In this document: in pieces, positions 10,704-20,997 of the stretch
Position numbering within the stretch: the first letter of the stretch is position 1
Layout: each line of letters opens with the position of its first letter
NCBI GenBank assembly: GCA_963753435.1
Contig: CAVWCF010000001.1
Span: forward strand, 864,001 to 928,000
Reading direction: 5' to 3'
DNA: 64,000 nt
DNA from: an uncultured Actinomycetota bacterium
Lineage (GTDB): Bacteria; Actinomycetota; Actinomycetes; CAVWCF01
Notes under the pieces: generated by a model
Seen by the model: the letters and a program-made list of their open reading frames with translations, nothing else
Database searches by the model: none
Told to the model about the DNA's origin: nothing
Made by a program: the position numbers and the translations under genes

Positions 10704-11099
10704 TTAGCGGCCGAAGGCAGCGCGACCAGCCGGCGACAGCAGGGCAATCAGCGCCGTCACCGCGCCAGCCGCCAATGGAATCGCGCCCAACCAGAAGGCC
10801 TGCGAGGCCATCTGCCAGGCGATCGGCAGGCACAGCAACTGCATGGCCACGGTCGCGCCATAGGCGAAGCCCATGCGCCGGAACAGTCCTACGGCGACCA
10901 GCACCACCAGGGTCCCGAACACCAGGAAGTACCACGGCAACTCCCGGGCCAACTCGGCGTTGCTGGCTTCAGCGGTGAGCCACTGCACGACCAGCCAGGC
11001 GCCGTAGCCGAGCAACGCCAGCCCCTCGGCCAGGACGACCAATGCCGCGGTCGTGACCTGCGTCGCCCCCGGCGCGGGGCCCTCGGCGGCTTGCGTCAC
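10704..11099 (-). CDS. Small membrane protein (about 4 TM)
   Basis: Hydrophobic segments and motif QLLCLPIAW; sits in the usual slot between the sigma gene and DAG kinase. GTG 11099 is an inferred start. Confidence 0.65.
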   Translation of the reverse strand: MTQAAEGPAPGATQVTTAALVVLAEGLALLGYGAWLVVQWLTAEASNAELARELPWYFLVFGTLVVLVAVGLFRRMGFAYGATVAMQLLCLPIAWQMASQAFWLGAIPLAAGAVTALIALLSPAGRAAFGR

Positions 11100-11138
11100 G
11101 GCGGCAGCGTAGGCGGACCCGCGGATACGGTGAGCCGC

Positions 11139-12053
11139 ATGCGAGCCGTTCTCGTGGTCAACCCAGCAGCCACCACCACCACCGACCGGGTTCGCGAAGT
11201 GATCTCTGCCGCCCTGGGACATGCGATGGACGTCGAGGTCGCAACCACCAAGAGTCGTGGCCACGCGCACGAGATTGCGGCCGAAGCTGTCGGCCAGACC
11301 GATCTGGTGGTCGCGCTAGGCGGTGACGGCACTGTCAACGAGGTGGCCAACGGACTGCTGGCCACCGGCCCTGGGCCACATGTGCCCCGGCTGGGGATCA
11401 TCCCCGGTGGCTCGACCAACGTCTCCGCGCGCGCATTGGGTTTGCCCGACGACCCCGTCGAGGCCACCGGCGCGCTGCTGGACGCCCTGGCGCGCGACCG
11501 CGAACACGCCATCGGGCTGGGGCGGGCCGACGACCGCTGGTTCCTCTTCAGCGCCGGCATGGGTTTCGACGCGGCGGTTATCGCCGCGGTGGAGTCCGAC
11601 CGTTCCCGGGGTCGCAGCACCAGCCATCCGCGGTTTCTGGCCCGTGCGGTCCAAACGTTCTTCGGGGGTCTGGACCGCTCCACCCCGGCCATCACCGTCG
11701 AAACCCGCAGCCGCACCGAGTCGGGGCTCTTCCTGGCCATCGTGCAGAACACGACGCCGTGGACTTTCCTCGCCAACCGGGCGGTCACGGCCTGTCCGGA
11801 TGCTTCCTTCGACACGGCGCTGGACCTGTTCGCGCTGCGGTCATTGCGAACGCGGCAAACCCTGCTCGCGGCCTCGGAGTTGCTGGGCGGGCCACTGCGA
11901 GCCGGCTCGAACAACCTGCGGCTGCATGATCAACCCTGGATCCGGCTGCGTGCGATCAAGCCGCAGCCGGTTCACCTCGACGGCGACTACCTGGGCGAAA
12001 GAACCGAGTGGGATCTGACCTGGACCCCGAACGCGCTACGGATAGTGGTCTGA
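11139..12053 (+). CDS. Diacylglycerol kinase family lipid kinase
   Basis: MRAVLVVNP, GGDGTVNEV, PGGSTN, GMGFDA, DGDYLG. The longer upstream extension in the ORF track overlaps other genes. Confidence 0.92.
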   Translation: MRAVLVVNPAATTTTDRVREVISAALGHAMDVEVATTKSRGHAHEIAAEAVGQTDLVVALGGDGTVNEVANGLLATGPGPHVPRLGIIPGGSTNVSARALGLPDDPVEATGALLDALARDREHAIGLGRADDRWFLFSAGMGFDAAVIAAVESDRSRGRSTSHPRFLARAVQTFFGGLDRSTPAITVETRSRTESGLFLAIVQNTTPWTFLANRAVTACPDASFDTALDLFALRSLRTRQTLLAASELLGGPLRAGSNNLRLHDQPWIRLRAIKPQPVHLDGDYLGERTEWDLTWTPNALRIVV

Positions 12054-12139
12054 AAAGTCCGAAATGGGGCTTAGATGTGACCAACGCGACACCGTTGACC
12101 CCGGATTTCGGCGCCTGGGCCCTTGTGTCAGACGTTTCA

Positions 12140-12165
12140 GGAATGTCACAGTTGCCCCCTTGGTT
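12140..12165 (+). promoter_or_regulatory. Putative SigR/SigH-dependent promoter of whiB1
   Basis: GGAAT (12140-12144)-N18-GTT (12163-12165) matches the SigR/SigH consensus exactly. Confidence 0.65.
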
Positions 12166-12247
12166 GTCGAAAGACGACAACCTTGGCCGAGCGCCCACAC
12201 GGGGAGCGCGCTCGATCGCGCTCACGGCCGGCATCGAAGGAGACCGC

Positions 12248-12502
12248 ATGGACTGGCGACACGAGGCCGCCTGCCGTGACGAGGATCCGGAACTGTTCTT
12301 CCCCATCGGTAACACCGGCCCAGCGCTGCTCCAGGTCGATGAGGCTAAGGCCGTTTGCGCGCGCTGCACGGTCCGCGAACAGTGCCTGGCCTGGGCTTTG
12401 GAGACCGGCCAGGACGCGGGTGTCTGGGGCGGCATGTCCGAGGACGAACGGCGCGCGCTGAAGCGTCGCAACGCACGTCAGCGACTGCGCAACCGAACCT
12501 GA
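12248..12502 (+). CDS. whiB1: WhiB1/WblE Fe-S transcription factor
   Basis: MDWRHEAACRDEDPELFFPIG, four Cys, GVWGGMSEDERRALKRR; SD AAGGAG. Confidence 0.96.
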   Translation: MDWRHEAACRDEDPELFFPIGNTGPALLQVDEAKAVCARCTVREQCLAWALETGQDAGVWGGMSEDERRALKRRNARQRLRNRT

Positions 12503-12511
12503 GTCCGCCCG

Positions 12512-13957
12512 TCACCCGTCCGTCAGCGGGACAGCCACGCTGACGCAGAGCCCCCCGCCGGGCTCGGCCGCAAACTCCAGGGATCCGCTGAGATCCTGCT
12601 CGACGAGGGTCCGCACGATGCGCAACCCCAGCCTGTCGCTGGTCTCGGGGTCGAAACCGGGCGGTAGTCCCGGACCGGAGTCGGCCACCTCGAGGTGCAG
12701 AACGGGGCCTCGTTGGCCGCGAACCCGGACCCGGCCACCGGTCGGCACGGCGTGCTCCATCGCGTTCTGCAGCAACTCGTTCAGAACCAGGGCCAGAGGT
12801 GTAGCGACCTCGGCCGGCAACCGGCCCAAGGTCCCCGCCCGTTCGAAGTCCACGGCCGAGTGCTGCGCCAGATCCGCGGCGGTTGCCACGACCTGGTCGG
12901 CCACTGCGTCGAAGTCGACGGTCTCGTCGGACTCCGCCGACAGCATCTCGTGAACAAGCGCGATCGATCCGACCCGGCGCATGGCCTCCTCCAAAGCAGC
13001 TCGGGCTTCGGGTTCGGACACCCGGCGGGCCTGCAGCCGCAGTAGCGACGCGACCGCCTGAAGGTTGTTCTTAACCCGGTGGTGGATCTCCCGGATGGTG
13101 GCGTCCTTGCTGAGCAGATCGGCCTCGCGAACTCGAACGTCGGTAACGTCGCGGAGCAGGATCAATGCGCCGGTGCGACGACCGTTTCGGCGCAGCGGAA
13201 TCCCCCGCATGCGCACCCAAGCCCCCCGGGCGTGCACCTCGGCCACCCCGGCGCCGCGGCCGGACGCCACCATCTGCAGGTCCTCATCAACCGGCCCGCG
13301 CCCAACTAGCAGCGCGGCCAGGACATCAGCCAGCACGGTCGAAACGGGGTCTGCGTTGAGCCCGAGACGCCGCAGCGCGGACAGGGCATTGGGACTCGCG
13401 AACACCACCGTCCCGCCCTCATCCAGTCGCAGCGTTCCGTCGCCGACGCGCAAGGGGTCGGACAGTTCGCCACCGGTGGGATCGGCGGGGATCGGGAAGC
13501 GGCCAGCAGCGACCATCTCCACCAGTTGGCCGTAGGCGTCCAGGTAAGCGGTCTCGAGCCGCCCACTGGCTCGCGTCCCGGCGATGTCCCGGTAGCGAGC
13601 CAGGACCGCGATGGTGCGACCCGCGCCCGGTACCGGGATCACCTCGACCGGGGCCTGCGGGCTGGGGTTGTCGGAGGTGATGACGCGGCGTTCGCCAACC
13701 GCCTTGTCCAGCAGCGGGCGGCGGCCCTTCGCCAAGAACGCCCCGACCACTTCCTCGGCGAACACCGTGCTCCCCGTGGATGGTCGTTGCTGCGCCGCGG
13801 CGATGTAGCCCGACCCGCTCCAGGTCGGCACCCACAGCACCAGGTCGGAGAACGACAGGTCCGAGAGCAGCGACAACTCCGCTGCCAGACGGTTGAGACG
13901 ACCCAACTCATCAGCACTTAGGTCTGTCTGCTGCGCGACCTGGGTCAGCCTGGACAC
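12512..13957 (-). CDS. pdtaS: Cytoplasmic sensor histidine kinase (GAF-PAS-HisKA_2), PdtaS-like
   Basis: SDLSFSDLVLWVP, RVGDG, REIHHRVKNNLQ, ELLQNAMEH, DSGPG; convergent with whiB1. TAGCCT lies 6 nt before GTG 13957, suggesting a leaderless transcript. Confidence 0.9.
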   Translation of the reverse strand: MSRLTQVAQQTDLSADELGRLNRLAAELSLLSDLSFSDLVLWVPTWSGSGYIAAAQQRPSTGSTVFAEEVVGAFLAKGRRPLLDKAVGERRVITSDNPSPQAPVEVIPVPGAGRTIAVLARYRDIAGTRASGRLETAYLDAYGQLVEMVAAGRFPIPADPTGGELSDPLRVGDGTLRLDEGGTVVFASPNALSALRRLGLNADPVSTVLADVLAALLVGRGPVDEDLQMVASGRGAGVAEVHARGAWVRMRGIPLRRNGRRTGALILLRDVTDVRVREADLLSKDATIREIHHRVKNNLQAVASLLRLQARRVSEPEARAALEEAMRRVGSIALVHEMLSAESDETVDFDAVADQVVATAADLAQHSAVDFERAGTLGRLPAEVATPLALVLNELLQNAMEHAVPTGGRVRVRGQRGPVLHLEVADSGPGLPPGFDPETSDRLGLRIVRTLVEQDLSGSLEFAAEPGGGLCVSVAVPLTDG

Positions 13958-14015
13958 CGGCACAGGCTACGGCCGGTTCCGTGGCTATCCCCAGCCGCTG
14001 ACAGGATGGCGCACC

Positions 14016-15377
14016 GTGACCAGCACCGCATCCAACCGCCGCAGCAGCGCTGTCGAGCGCGGCGACAGCGCTGCCTTGTTGGCTCGGGACCAGCGCAGTG
14101 TGTGGCACCCATTCACCCAGCACTCGCTGTGGCTTGACGACGACCCCCTGGTGATCGATCGAGCCGAAGGCATGTACCTGTACGACGCCAACGGCGACGC
14201 CTACCTGGACGGCTTCTCATCGCTTTGGGTCACCGTGCACGGTCACCGTGTGCCCGAGATCGATGCGGCCATCACCGACCAGCTGGCCCGGCTGGACCAC
14301 TCGACGTTCCTCGGCTCCACTCACCAACCCGGTATCGAGCTTGCGGAGAAACTGCTGGCCACGGCCCCGGCCGGCCTGGGCAAGGTGTTCTACGCCGGCG
14401 ACGGGTCATCGGCAGTGGAAGCGGCCATCAAGATGGCCTTTCAGGCGTGGGCCCAGCGCGGCCAAGTCCGACCCCGATACGTCCACGTCGCTGAGGGGTA
14501 CCACGGAGACACCCTCGGGGCGGTGAGCGTCGGCGGCATCGACCTGTTCCATCAGACGTACCGACCACTAATGCTGGACACGCGGATGGTGCCGTCCCCA
14601 GGGCTGCTGCAGCCGGGCCAGACTCGGGCGGAACGCGCTGTCGAGGTACTGGACCAGATGCGGGCCATCCTGCAGGCGGAGGCGGCGCAGGTGTGCGCCA
14701 TCGTCATCGAACCGATGGTCCAGGGCGCCGGCGGGATCCTCACCCACGACACCAGCTTCGTGCGCGGTGTGCGAGACCTCGCCGACGAGTTCGACACGCT
14801 GATGATCGTCGATGAAGTGGCAACGGGCCTGGGCCGCACCGGCGCCATGTGGGCGGTTGAGCACGCAGGGGTCACCCCGGACCTACTCACTTGCGGCAAG
14901 GGCCTGACCGGTGGCTACCTGCCACTGTCAGCCGTCTTGGCCACCGACTCGGTGTACGAGGCCTTTCTCGGCGCGGCCAACGCGGCGCGCACGTTCTTCC
15001 ACGGTCACTCGTACACCGCCAACCCGCTGTGCTGTGCCGCCGCCATCGCCAACCTGGACCTGATGAAGTCGCGCGGCACGGTCGCGCATGCGGCCGCCGT
15101 CGGCGAAGAACTCGGTCGACTGTTGCAGCCATTGGCGCAGCATTCAGCGGTGACGGAGGTCCGCCGCTGCGGAACCATGACCGGCATCGAGGTGGCAGCG
15201 GTTCCGGGATTGGACCGCACCGGCTTTGAGGTCTGTCGCGCGGCCCGCAGACGCGGGGTGCTGATCCGCCCCCTCGGCGACGTGGTCGTGCTGATGCCCC
15301 CACTGGCGATCGCCACAGACGAACTGCGCCTGCTTGTGGACGCCGTCACCGAGTCCGTGCACGAGGTCTGTCGGTGA
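14016..15377 (+). CDS. bioA: Adenosylmethionine-8-amino-7-oxononanoate transaminase
   Basis: VWHPFTQ, SSLWVTVHGH, GYHGDT, DEVATG, PLP Lys in CGKGLTGGYLP, FFHGHSYTAN. Confidence 0.96.
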   Translation: MTSTASNRRSSAVERGDSAALLARDQRSVWHPFTQHSLWLDDDPLVIDRAEGMYLYDANGDAYLDGFSSLWVTVHGHRVPEIDAAITDQLARLDHSTFLGSTHQPGIELAEKLLATAPAGLGKVFYAGDGSSAVEAAIKMAFQAWAQRGQVRPRYVHVAEGYHGDTLGAVSVGGIDLFHQTYRPLMLDTRMVPSPGLLQPGQTRAERAVEVLDQMRAILQAEAAQVCAIVIEPMVQGAGGILTHDTSFVRGVRDLADEFDTLMIVDEVATGLGRTGAMWAVEHAGVTPDLLTCGKGLTGGYLPLSAVLATDSVYEAFLGAANAARTFFHGHSYTANPLCCAAAIANLDLMKSRGTVAHAAAVGEELGRLLQPLAQHSAVTEVRRCGTMTGIEVAAVPGLDRTGFEVCRAARRRGVLIRPLGDVVVLMPPLAIATDELRLLVDAVTESVHEVCR

Positions 15378-16513
15378 GCCAACTGAACCGGCGTTTGACC
15401 GCTGCCGCCGCCGATCGCGAGGCCCGGGGCCTGACTCGCACGCTGCCGTCGCGGCGGCACTCCGAACTCGACCTGGCCAGCAATGACTACCTGGGACTGG
15501 CCACTGACCCACGTGTGGTTGCGGCCGCCGTCGAGGCCGCCCGGACGTTCGGCGTGGGCGCCACTGGATCCCGCCTGGTTACCGGAAACACGGAAATCCA
15601 CACGCGGCTGGAAACCGAAATCGCCTCGTTCGTCGGTGTCGAGGCAGCGCTGGCCTTCTCCTCCGGTTACCTCGCCAACCTCGGCGTCCTCAGCGCGCTC
15701 GGCGGCCCCGAGGTGCTCGTTGTGTCCGACGCCGCCAACCACGCGTCGATCATCGATGCCTGCCGACTGTCCCGATCGCCCGTGATCGTCACCGAGCACC
15801 GGGACGTGGCGGCCGTCCGGTCGGCCCTGGCGACGAGACCGCAGCCGGACGCACTGGTTGTCACCGACGCGGTCTTCAGCGTGGACGGGGACCTGGCGCC
15901 CTTGGCTGATTTGGGCGCGGTGTGCGCCGAGTTCGGGGCAACGCTGGTCGTTGACGAAGCCCACTCCCTAGGTGTCGTCGGCGATCTCGGCGCTGGAGCG
16001 GCTGTTGCCGCCGGCTTGTTGGACTCCGGAGCCGAGATCGTCTTGACCGCGACGCTGTCCAAGGCTCTGGGCAGCCAAGGCGGGGTCGTCCTGGGATCGG
16101 CCCAACTCATCGAACACCTGGTCAACACCGCCCGACCGTTCATCTTCGACACCGCCCTCGCTCCCCCAGCAGCGGCCGCGGCTGCTGCTGCCTTGGACGT
16201 GCTGCGCGCCGAGCCCGAGCGGGCCGGCGCCGTGCGCGCTGCCACCCAGCACGCCTACGAGTTGGTCGTGGCCGCCGGGTTCGCGGCGATCGCTCCGGAT
16301 GCTGCCGTCACCAGCGCAATCGTTGGCGACGCCGACCTCGCCCTCGCGGCCGCGGAGGCCTGTCGGGTCGAGGGCGTGCGGGTCGGCTGCTTCCGACCGC
16401 CGTCGGTGCCCGATGGGCGCAGCCGGTTGCGCATCACTGGCCGATCCGACCTTGGCGCCGCTGAATTCGACCAACTCAAATGCGCCCTGGCGGCCGCAAG
16501 GGAGTTGCTGTGA
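15374..16513 (+). CDS. bioF: 8-amino-7-oxononanoate synthase
   Basis: LASNDYLGL, GSRLVTG, NHASIID, VDEAH, TLSKALG, FRPPSVP. Confidence 0.95.
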   Translation: MSQLNRRLTAAAADREARGLTRTLPSRRHSELDLASNDYLGLATDPRVVAAAVEAARTFGVGATGSRLVTGNTEIHTRLETEIASFVGVEAALAFSSGYLANLGVLSALGGPEVLVVSDAANHASIIDACRLSRSPVIVTEHRDVAAVRSALATRPQPDALVVTDAVFSVDGDLAPLADLGAVCAEFGATLVVDEAHSLGVVGDLGAGAAVAAGLLDSGAEIVLTATLSKALGSQGGVVLGSAQLIEHLVNTARPFIFDTALAPPAAAAAAAALDVLRAEPERAGAVRAATQHAYELVVAAGFAAIAPDAAVTSAIVGDADLALAAAEACRVEGVRVGCFRPPSVPDGRSRLRITGRSDLGAAEFDQLKCALAAARELL

Positions 16514-17238
16514 GCACGCTGGTCGTCACCGGGACCGGAACGGGTGTCGGCAAGACGGTGGTCACCGCCGCCATCGCCGCAGTGCTGACCGCTCGCGGCC
16601 GATCAGTCGCCGTGGTCAAGCCGGCGCAGACCGGTGTCGAGCCCGGCGAGCCGGGCGACATGGACGAGGTAACCCGGCTGTGTGGGCTGGGCAACGTGCA
16701 CGAGTTGAGCCGCTACCGACTGCCGCTGGCCCCAGCAGCCGCAGCACGGCTCAGCGGCACGGCAGCAGTCGACCTGGACGCCGCAGCCGGAACCATCCAA
16801 CGACTGGCTGCCGAACACGATTCGGTTCTGGTGGAGGGGGCCGGCGGACTGCTGGTGCGCTTCGACGACGACGGCCGGACCATCGCCGATCTGGCCCACC
16901 AACTCGACGCCGAAGTCCTGGTGGTGACCCAGCCCGACCTGGGCACCCTGAACCACACGGCGCTGACGCTGGAGGCCATGGCCCACCGGGGGCTGCGACT
17001 GGCCGGCGTGGTCATCGGCGCCTGGCCCGCCCATCCGGACCTGGCTTGCCGGAGCAACATTCGCGACCTGCAAACGCTGGCGGCCCGGCCACTTGCCGGC
17101 GCGCTACCGGCACTGGCCGCGGCCATCGGATCGCCGCCGGACTTCCTGCAGGTCGCCACCGCTGGACTCGCCCCGTCCCTGGGCGGCTCGTTCGATGCGG
17201 CAGACTTCGAGAGCACCTACCCACCCGTGGAGGAATGA
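16510..17238 (+). CDS. bioD: Dethiobiotin synthase
   Basis: [29 protein letters not shown]; GTGA overlap with bioF. Confidence 0.95.
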   Translation: MSTLVVTGTGTGVGKTVVTAAIAAVLTARGRSVAVVKPAQTGVEPGEPGDMDEVTRLCGLGNVHELSRYRLPLAPAAAARLSGTAAVDLDAAAGTIQRLAAEHDSVLVEGAGGLLVRFDDDGRTIADLAHQLDAEVLVVTQPDLGTLNHTALTLEAMAHRGLRLAGVVIGAWPAHPDLACRSNIRDLQTLAARPLAGALPALAAAIGSPPDFLQVATAGLAPSLGGSFDAADFESTYPPVEE

Positions 17239-17239
17239 C

Positions 17240-18262
17240 TTGACCAGCACGCCGACGGCGCCAGCCGAGGTCGACGTACTCGAACACGCACGTGCGACCG
17301 TTCTGCGCGACGGTCTCGGGCTGGGCGAAGCGGACCTGGTCCGGGTGTTGCGGCTGCCGGATGACCGCGTCGGTGACTTGCTGCAACTGGCGCACGAGGT
17401 TCGCCTGGCCTGGTGCGGTCCCGAGGTGGAGGTCGAGGGGATCGTCTCCCTCAAGACCGGCGGGTGCCCCGAGGACTGCCATTTCTGCAGCCAATCCGGC
17501 CTCTTCGAATCACCCGTGCGCTCGGCCTGGTTGGACATCCCAGCGCTGGTCGAGGCAGCCCGACAGACGGCTGCCACCGGCGCATCGGAGTTCTGCATCG
17601 TCGCGGCCGTGCGCGGCCCGGACGAGCGGCTGATGGCGCAGATGCGCGAAGGCGTCGCCGCGATCCGGGCCGAAGTGGACATCAATGTCGCCGCAAGTCT
17701 GGGCATCCTCACCGCCGAGCAGGTCGACGATCTCGTCGACATGGGCGTTCACCGCTACAACCACAACCTGGAAACGGCCAAGTCCTACTTCAGCAACGTG
17801 GTGACTACGCACACCTGGGAGGAGCGCTTTCAGACTCTGGCCCTGGTCAGCGAGTCCGGCATGGAGGTCTGCTGCGGGGGCATCGTCGGCATGGGCGAGT
17901 CAGTGGAGCAGCGCGCCGAGTTTGCCACCCAGTTGGCTCAGCTGAACCCGCACGAGGTTCCGATGAACTTCCTCAATCCGCGTCCAGGAACGCCGTTTGC
18001 CCATCTCGACGTCCTGCCCGCCGCCGACGCCCTGCGGGCCATCGGTGCCTTCCGACTGGCGATGCCGCGCACCATCCTCCGTTTCGCCGGCGGCCGCGAA
18101 ATCACGCTTGGCGACTTGGGCACTCGCGATGGGCTCCTGGGCGGCATAAACGCCGTGATCGTCGGCAACTACCTGACCACGCTGGGGCGCGACGCCGATG
18201 CCGATGTAGAGCTGCTTCGGGATCTGCAGATGCCGGTCAAGGCGTTGTCAGACTCCATCTGA
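17240..18262 (+). CDS. bioB: Biotin synthase (radical SAM)
   Basis: [37 protein letters not shown]; TTG start after GGAGGA. Confidence 0.96.
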   Translation: MTSTPTAPAEVDVLEHARATVLRDGLGLGEADLVRVLRLPDDRVGDLLQLAHEVRLAWCGPEVEVEGIVSLKTGGCPEDCHFCSQSGLFESPVRSAWLDIPALVEAARQTAATGASEFCIVAAVRGPDERLMAQMREGVAAIRAEVDINVAASLGILTAEQVDDLVDMGVHRYNHNLETAKSYFSNVVTTHTWEERFQTLALVSESGMEVCCGGIVGMGESVEQRAEFATQLAQLNPHEVPMNFLNPRPGTPFAHLDVLPAADALRAIGAFRLAMPRTILRFAGGREITLGDLGTRDGLLGGINAVIVGNYLTTLGRDADADVELLRDLQMPVKALSDSI

Positions 18263-18266
18263 TCCC

Positions 18267-19916
18267 ATGAGCCAACCCGCCGAGTTGCCCGATCACGGCG
18301 GAACGGCGGCGATCGCTGCCGCCGCGCAGGCCGGCGTGGACACGCTCTGGACTTTGTCGGGCGCTCACATCTTCCCGCTGTTCGACGCGGCCACCCGCGG
18401 CCAGTACCGCATGCGCATCCTCGACGTGCGGCACGAACAGACCGCCGTCTTCGGGGCGGAGGGTCAGGCCAAGTTGACTCGGCGCCCCGGCCTGGCCGCA
18501 CTCACGGCTGGTCCCGGCGTCACCAACGGGGTCTCCGCGATTGCCACCTCGTGGTTCAACGGTTCGCCGGTCGTCGTGGTCGGCGGCCGCGCGCCCCAGT
18601 TCCGTTGGGGCAGCGGCGCACTACAGGAACTCGATCACCCACCCATCCTGCGCGAGGTCACCAAGCTTGCGAGCACGGTGTCCCAGCCGGAACTGATCGG
18701 GCCCGAGGTGGCGGCGGCCTTCCAGTTGGCCACTAGCCCCCATCGCGGCCCGGTGTTCCTCGATGTGCCCATGGACCACCTCTACACGCCGGTGTCGGTG
18801 CAACCGATGGAAGTTGCCGCCGTCGCGGCCACCCCGGCCCCGCCGGAGGCCCTGGAACGCGCCGCTCGGCTGTGGGCCGCGGCAGAGCGGCCGGCCCTCA
18901 TCATCGGCTCGGACGTGTGGACCGGACGCGCCGAAGCGGCCGCCCTGAAGTTGGCCGAACTCACGCAGACGCCCACCATCACCAACGGGATGGGCCGAGG
19001 GGTGATCCCGGGGGGTCACCCCCTGCTGGCGACCCGTGCCCGCGCCACGGCGGTCAAGAACGCGGACGTGGTCGTCGTCGTCGGCACCCCGCTGGACTTC
19101 CGCCTCGGCTACGGCTCGTTCGGAAGCAAGCAATCACCGGCGACCGTGGTGCACATCGTCGACGACGAGAGCCAACTCGCCCAACACACCGAAGCGGTGG
19201 GACTAGTCGGCGATCTGGCTGCGACCCTCAATGCGCTGGGCGGACTCTGGCCCAAGCAGCCGAGGGTGGATCTGGAGGCCTGGCACCTGCTGCTGCGGGA
19301 TGCGGCCGCGGAGCGAATGGCCGCGGATGCGGAACTGCTGCGGGCGGATTCGGATCCGATCCACCCGGGCCGCATCTACGGGGAACTGCTGGCCCGCATT
19401 TCTGATGAGACGGTGGTCATCGGGGATGGCGGTGACTTCGTGTCCTTCGCGGGTCGATTCATCGAACCGGCCGCGCCGGGGCGATGGCTGGATCCGGGTC
19501 CGTATGGCTGCTTGGGCACTGGCCTTGGGTATGCGGCGGCCGCCCGGCTGACCTACCCAGACGATCCGATCGTGCTGCTGCTCGGCGACGGCGCAGCCGG
19601 CTTCTCGCTCATGGACGTGGACACCTTGGTTCGCCACCAACTCCCGGTCGTTCTGGTGGTCGGCAACAACGGCGCGTGGGGCCTGGAGAAGCACCCCATG
19701 CAGATGCTGTACGGATACGACGTAGCCGCAGATCTGCAGCCGGCGACGCGCTACGACGAGGTCGTGCGCGCACTCGGCGGCGGCGGAGAAACGGTGACCT
19801 CGCCGGAGCAGATCGGCCCGGCCCTGGACCGTGCGTTTGCCGCCGGGGTGCCGTACCTGGTCAACGTGATCACCGACCCAGCCGTGGCGTATCCGCGCTC
19901 GACCACCGGCATATGA
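18267..19916 (+). CDS. TPP-dependent enzyme (acetolactate synthase-like / 2-hydroxyacyl-CoA lyase-like)
   Basis: RHEQTAVF, TAGPGVTN, TPP motif GDGAAGFS...NNGAW, DPGPYGCLGTG. Confidence 0.9.
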   Translation: MSQPAELPDHGGTAAIAAAAQAGVDTLWTLSGAHIFPLFDAATRGQYRMRILDVRHEQTAVFGAEGQAKLTRRPGLAALTAGPGVTNGVSAIATSWFNGSPVVVVGGRAPQFRWGSGALQELDHPPILREVTKLASTVSQPELIGPEVAAAFQLATSPHRGPVFLDVPMDHLYTPVSVQPMEVAAVAATPAPPEALERAARLWAAAERPALIIGSDVWTGRAEAAALKLAELTQTPTITNGMGRGVIPGGHPLLATRARATAVKNADVVVVVGTPLDFRLGYGSFGSKQSPATVVHIVDDESQLAQHTEAVGLVGDLAATLNALGGLWPKQPRVDLEAWHLLLRDAAAERMAADAELLRADSDPIHPGRIYGELLARISDETVVIGDGGDFVSFAGRFIEPAAPGRWLDPGPYGCLGTGLGYAAAARLTYPDDPIVLLLGDGAAGFSLMDVDTLVRHQLPVVLVVGNNGAWGLEKHPMQMLYGYDVAADLQPATRYDEVVRALGGGGETVTSPEQIGPALDRAFAAGVPYLVNVITDPAVAYPRSTTGI

Positions 19917-20410
19917 GCGCGGTAGTGGTGCGGCCGGTGTCCGCCGGTGACGATCTGGAGGCCCTGGCCGAACTGACGGTCGCTGCGTACGCGGCCGGCG
20001 GCGCCCTGGACCCGGCCGGCGCGTACATGGCGACGCTGCGAAACACCGGTGCCCGGGCGCGGGAAGCGCAACTCCTGGTTGCCGAGCAGGCCGGTGCCAC
20101 GGTTGGCACCGTCACTGTTACTCCGCCGGGCAGCCCTTGGGCCGAGATCGGGCAACCATCGGAGTTGGAGTTCAGGTTCTTGGCCGTCGCCCCGGCAGCC
20201 CAGCGTCGCGGCGTTGGTGTGGCGCTGGTGGACGCGGTGGTGCGGATGGCCCGCGAGCGCGCTGATGCCGCCGTCGTCTTGTCTGTGCTGGAGAGCAACG
20301 TCGCCGGTCGCGCACTCTACGAGCGGCTGGGGTTCGCGCGGGTTCCGGAACGGGACTGGGTCCCTTGGACCCAGGTGAGCCTGCTCGTCTACTCGCTGGG
20401 CTTGGACTGA
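19913..20410 (+). CDS. GNAT N-acetyltransferase
   Basis: FRFLAVAPAAQRRGVG, LYERLGF; ATGA overlap with the upstream gene. Confidence 0.88.
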   Translation: MSAVVVRPVSAGDDLEALAELTVAAYAAGGALDPAGAYMATLRNTGARAREAQLLVAEQAGATVGTVTVTPPGSPWAEIGQPSELEFRFLAVAPAAQRRGVGVALVDAVVRMARERADAAVVLSVLESNVAGRALYERLGFARVPERDWVPWTQVSLLVYSLGLD

Positions 20411-20787
20411 AGCCGCTGCAGGAACCGGTCGCGGTCAACCGCGGTCCTGGTCACGACTCCGGACGCGAGGCGATTGCCATCACCGTCTTCGGCTCCCACC
20501 GTGAAGCGCAGCAGGCGGCCGTCCACATGCGCCAATACGGCGGAGGTGCGGACGGCCGTGCCCACGGGGCAGGCCCGCTCATGCTGCATTTCGATGCGGT
20601 TGCCGACCGAGGTCGAAGCCGCCGGCAGCGCCGCGGCGACCGCGGCGACCGTCGCGGCCTCTAGCCAAGCCAGCAACCGGGGCGTCGCCAATACCGGCAC
20701 ATCACCGCTGCCGAGCGCCTCGGCGGTGTCGGCTTCAGAAACAACCCATTCCAGGACCGCGGTCAGCCCGACGCGCATCTGCTCCAC
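20389..20787 (-). CDS. Hotdog-fold thioesterase (FlK-like)
   Basis: DTAEALGSGDVPVLATPRLLAWLE, SVG...H, VDRDRFL. Confidence 0.88.
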   Translation of the reverse strand: MEQMRVGLTAVLEWVVSEADTAEALGSGDVPVLATPRLLAWLEAATVAAVAAALPAASTSVGNRIEMQHERACPVGTAVRTSAVLAHVDGRLLRFTVGAEDGDGNRLASGVVTRTAVDRDRFLQRLQSKPSE

Positions 20788-20804
20788 GTGTCTACGGTAC
20801 GGCC

Positions 20805-20996
20805 GTGGGCGAAACCGAATCCGCGTACTGCGTTCACTGCGGCCGGACCGCAGACGCCGACCATGCGGCGTGTGCGCGTACCCCGGAGTTGGAGCCGCCG
20901 CGGTATTGCCCCCAGTGCGCCAGGCGCATGGTCGTGCAGGTGACGCCCAAGGGTTGGTCAGCTCGCTGCGTCGAACACGGTCAGCGGCACGGGTGA
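20805..20996 (+). CDS. bsaP: Biotin synthase auxiliary protein (Rv1590-like)
   Basis: CVHCG...EPPRYCPQCARRMVVQVTPKGWSARCVEHG matches the BsaP signature. Confidence 0.85.
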   Translation: MGETESAYCVHCGRTADADHAACARTPELEPPRYCPQCARRMVVQVTPKGWSARCVEHGQRHG

Positions 20997-20997
20997 G

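Noticed and set aside
10422-11138. Long N-terminal extension of the DAG kinase ORF
   Set aside because: It overlaps the sigma gene and an opposite-strand membrane gene; homology starts at MRAVLVVNP (11139).
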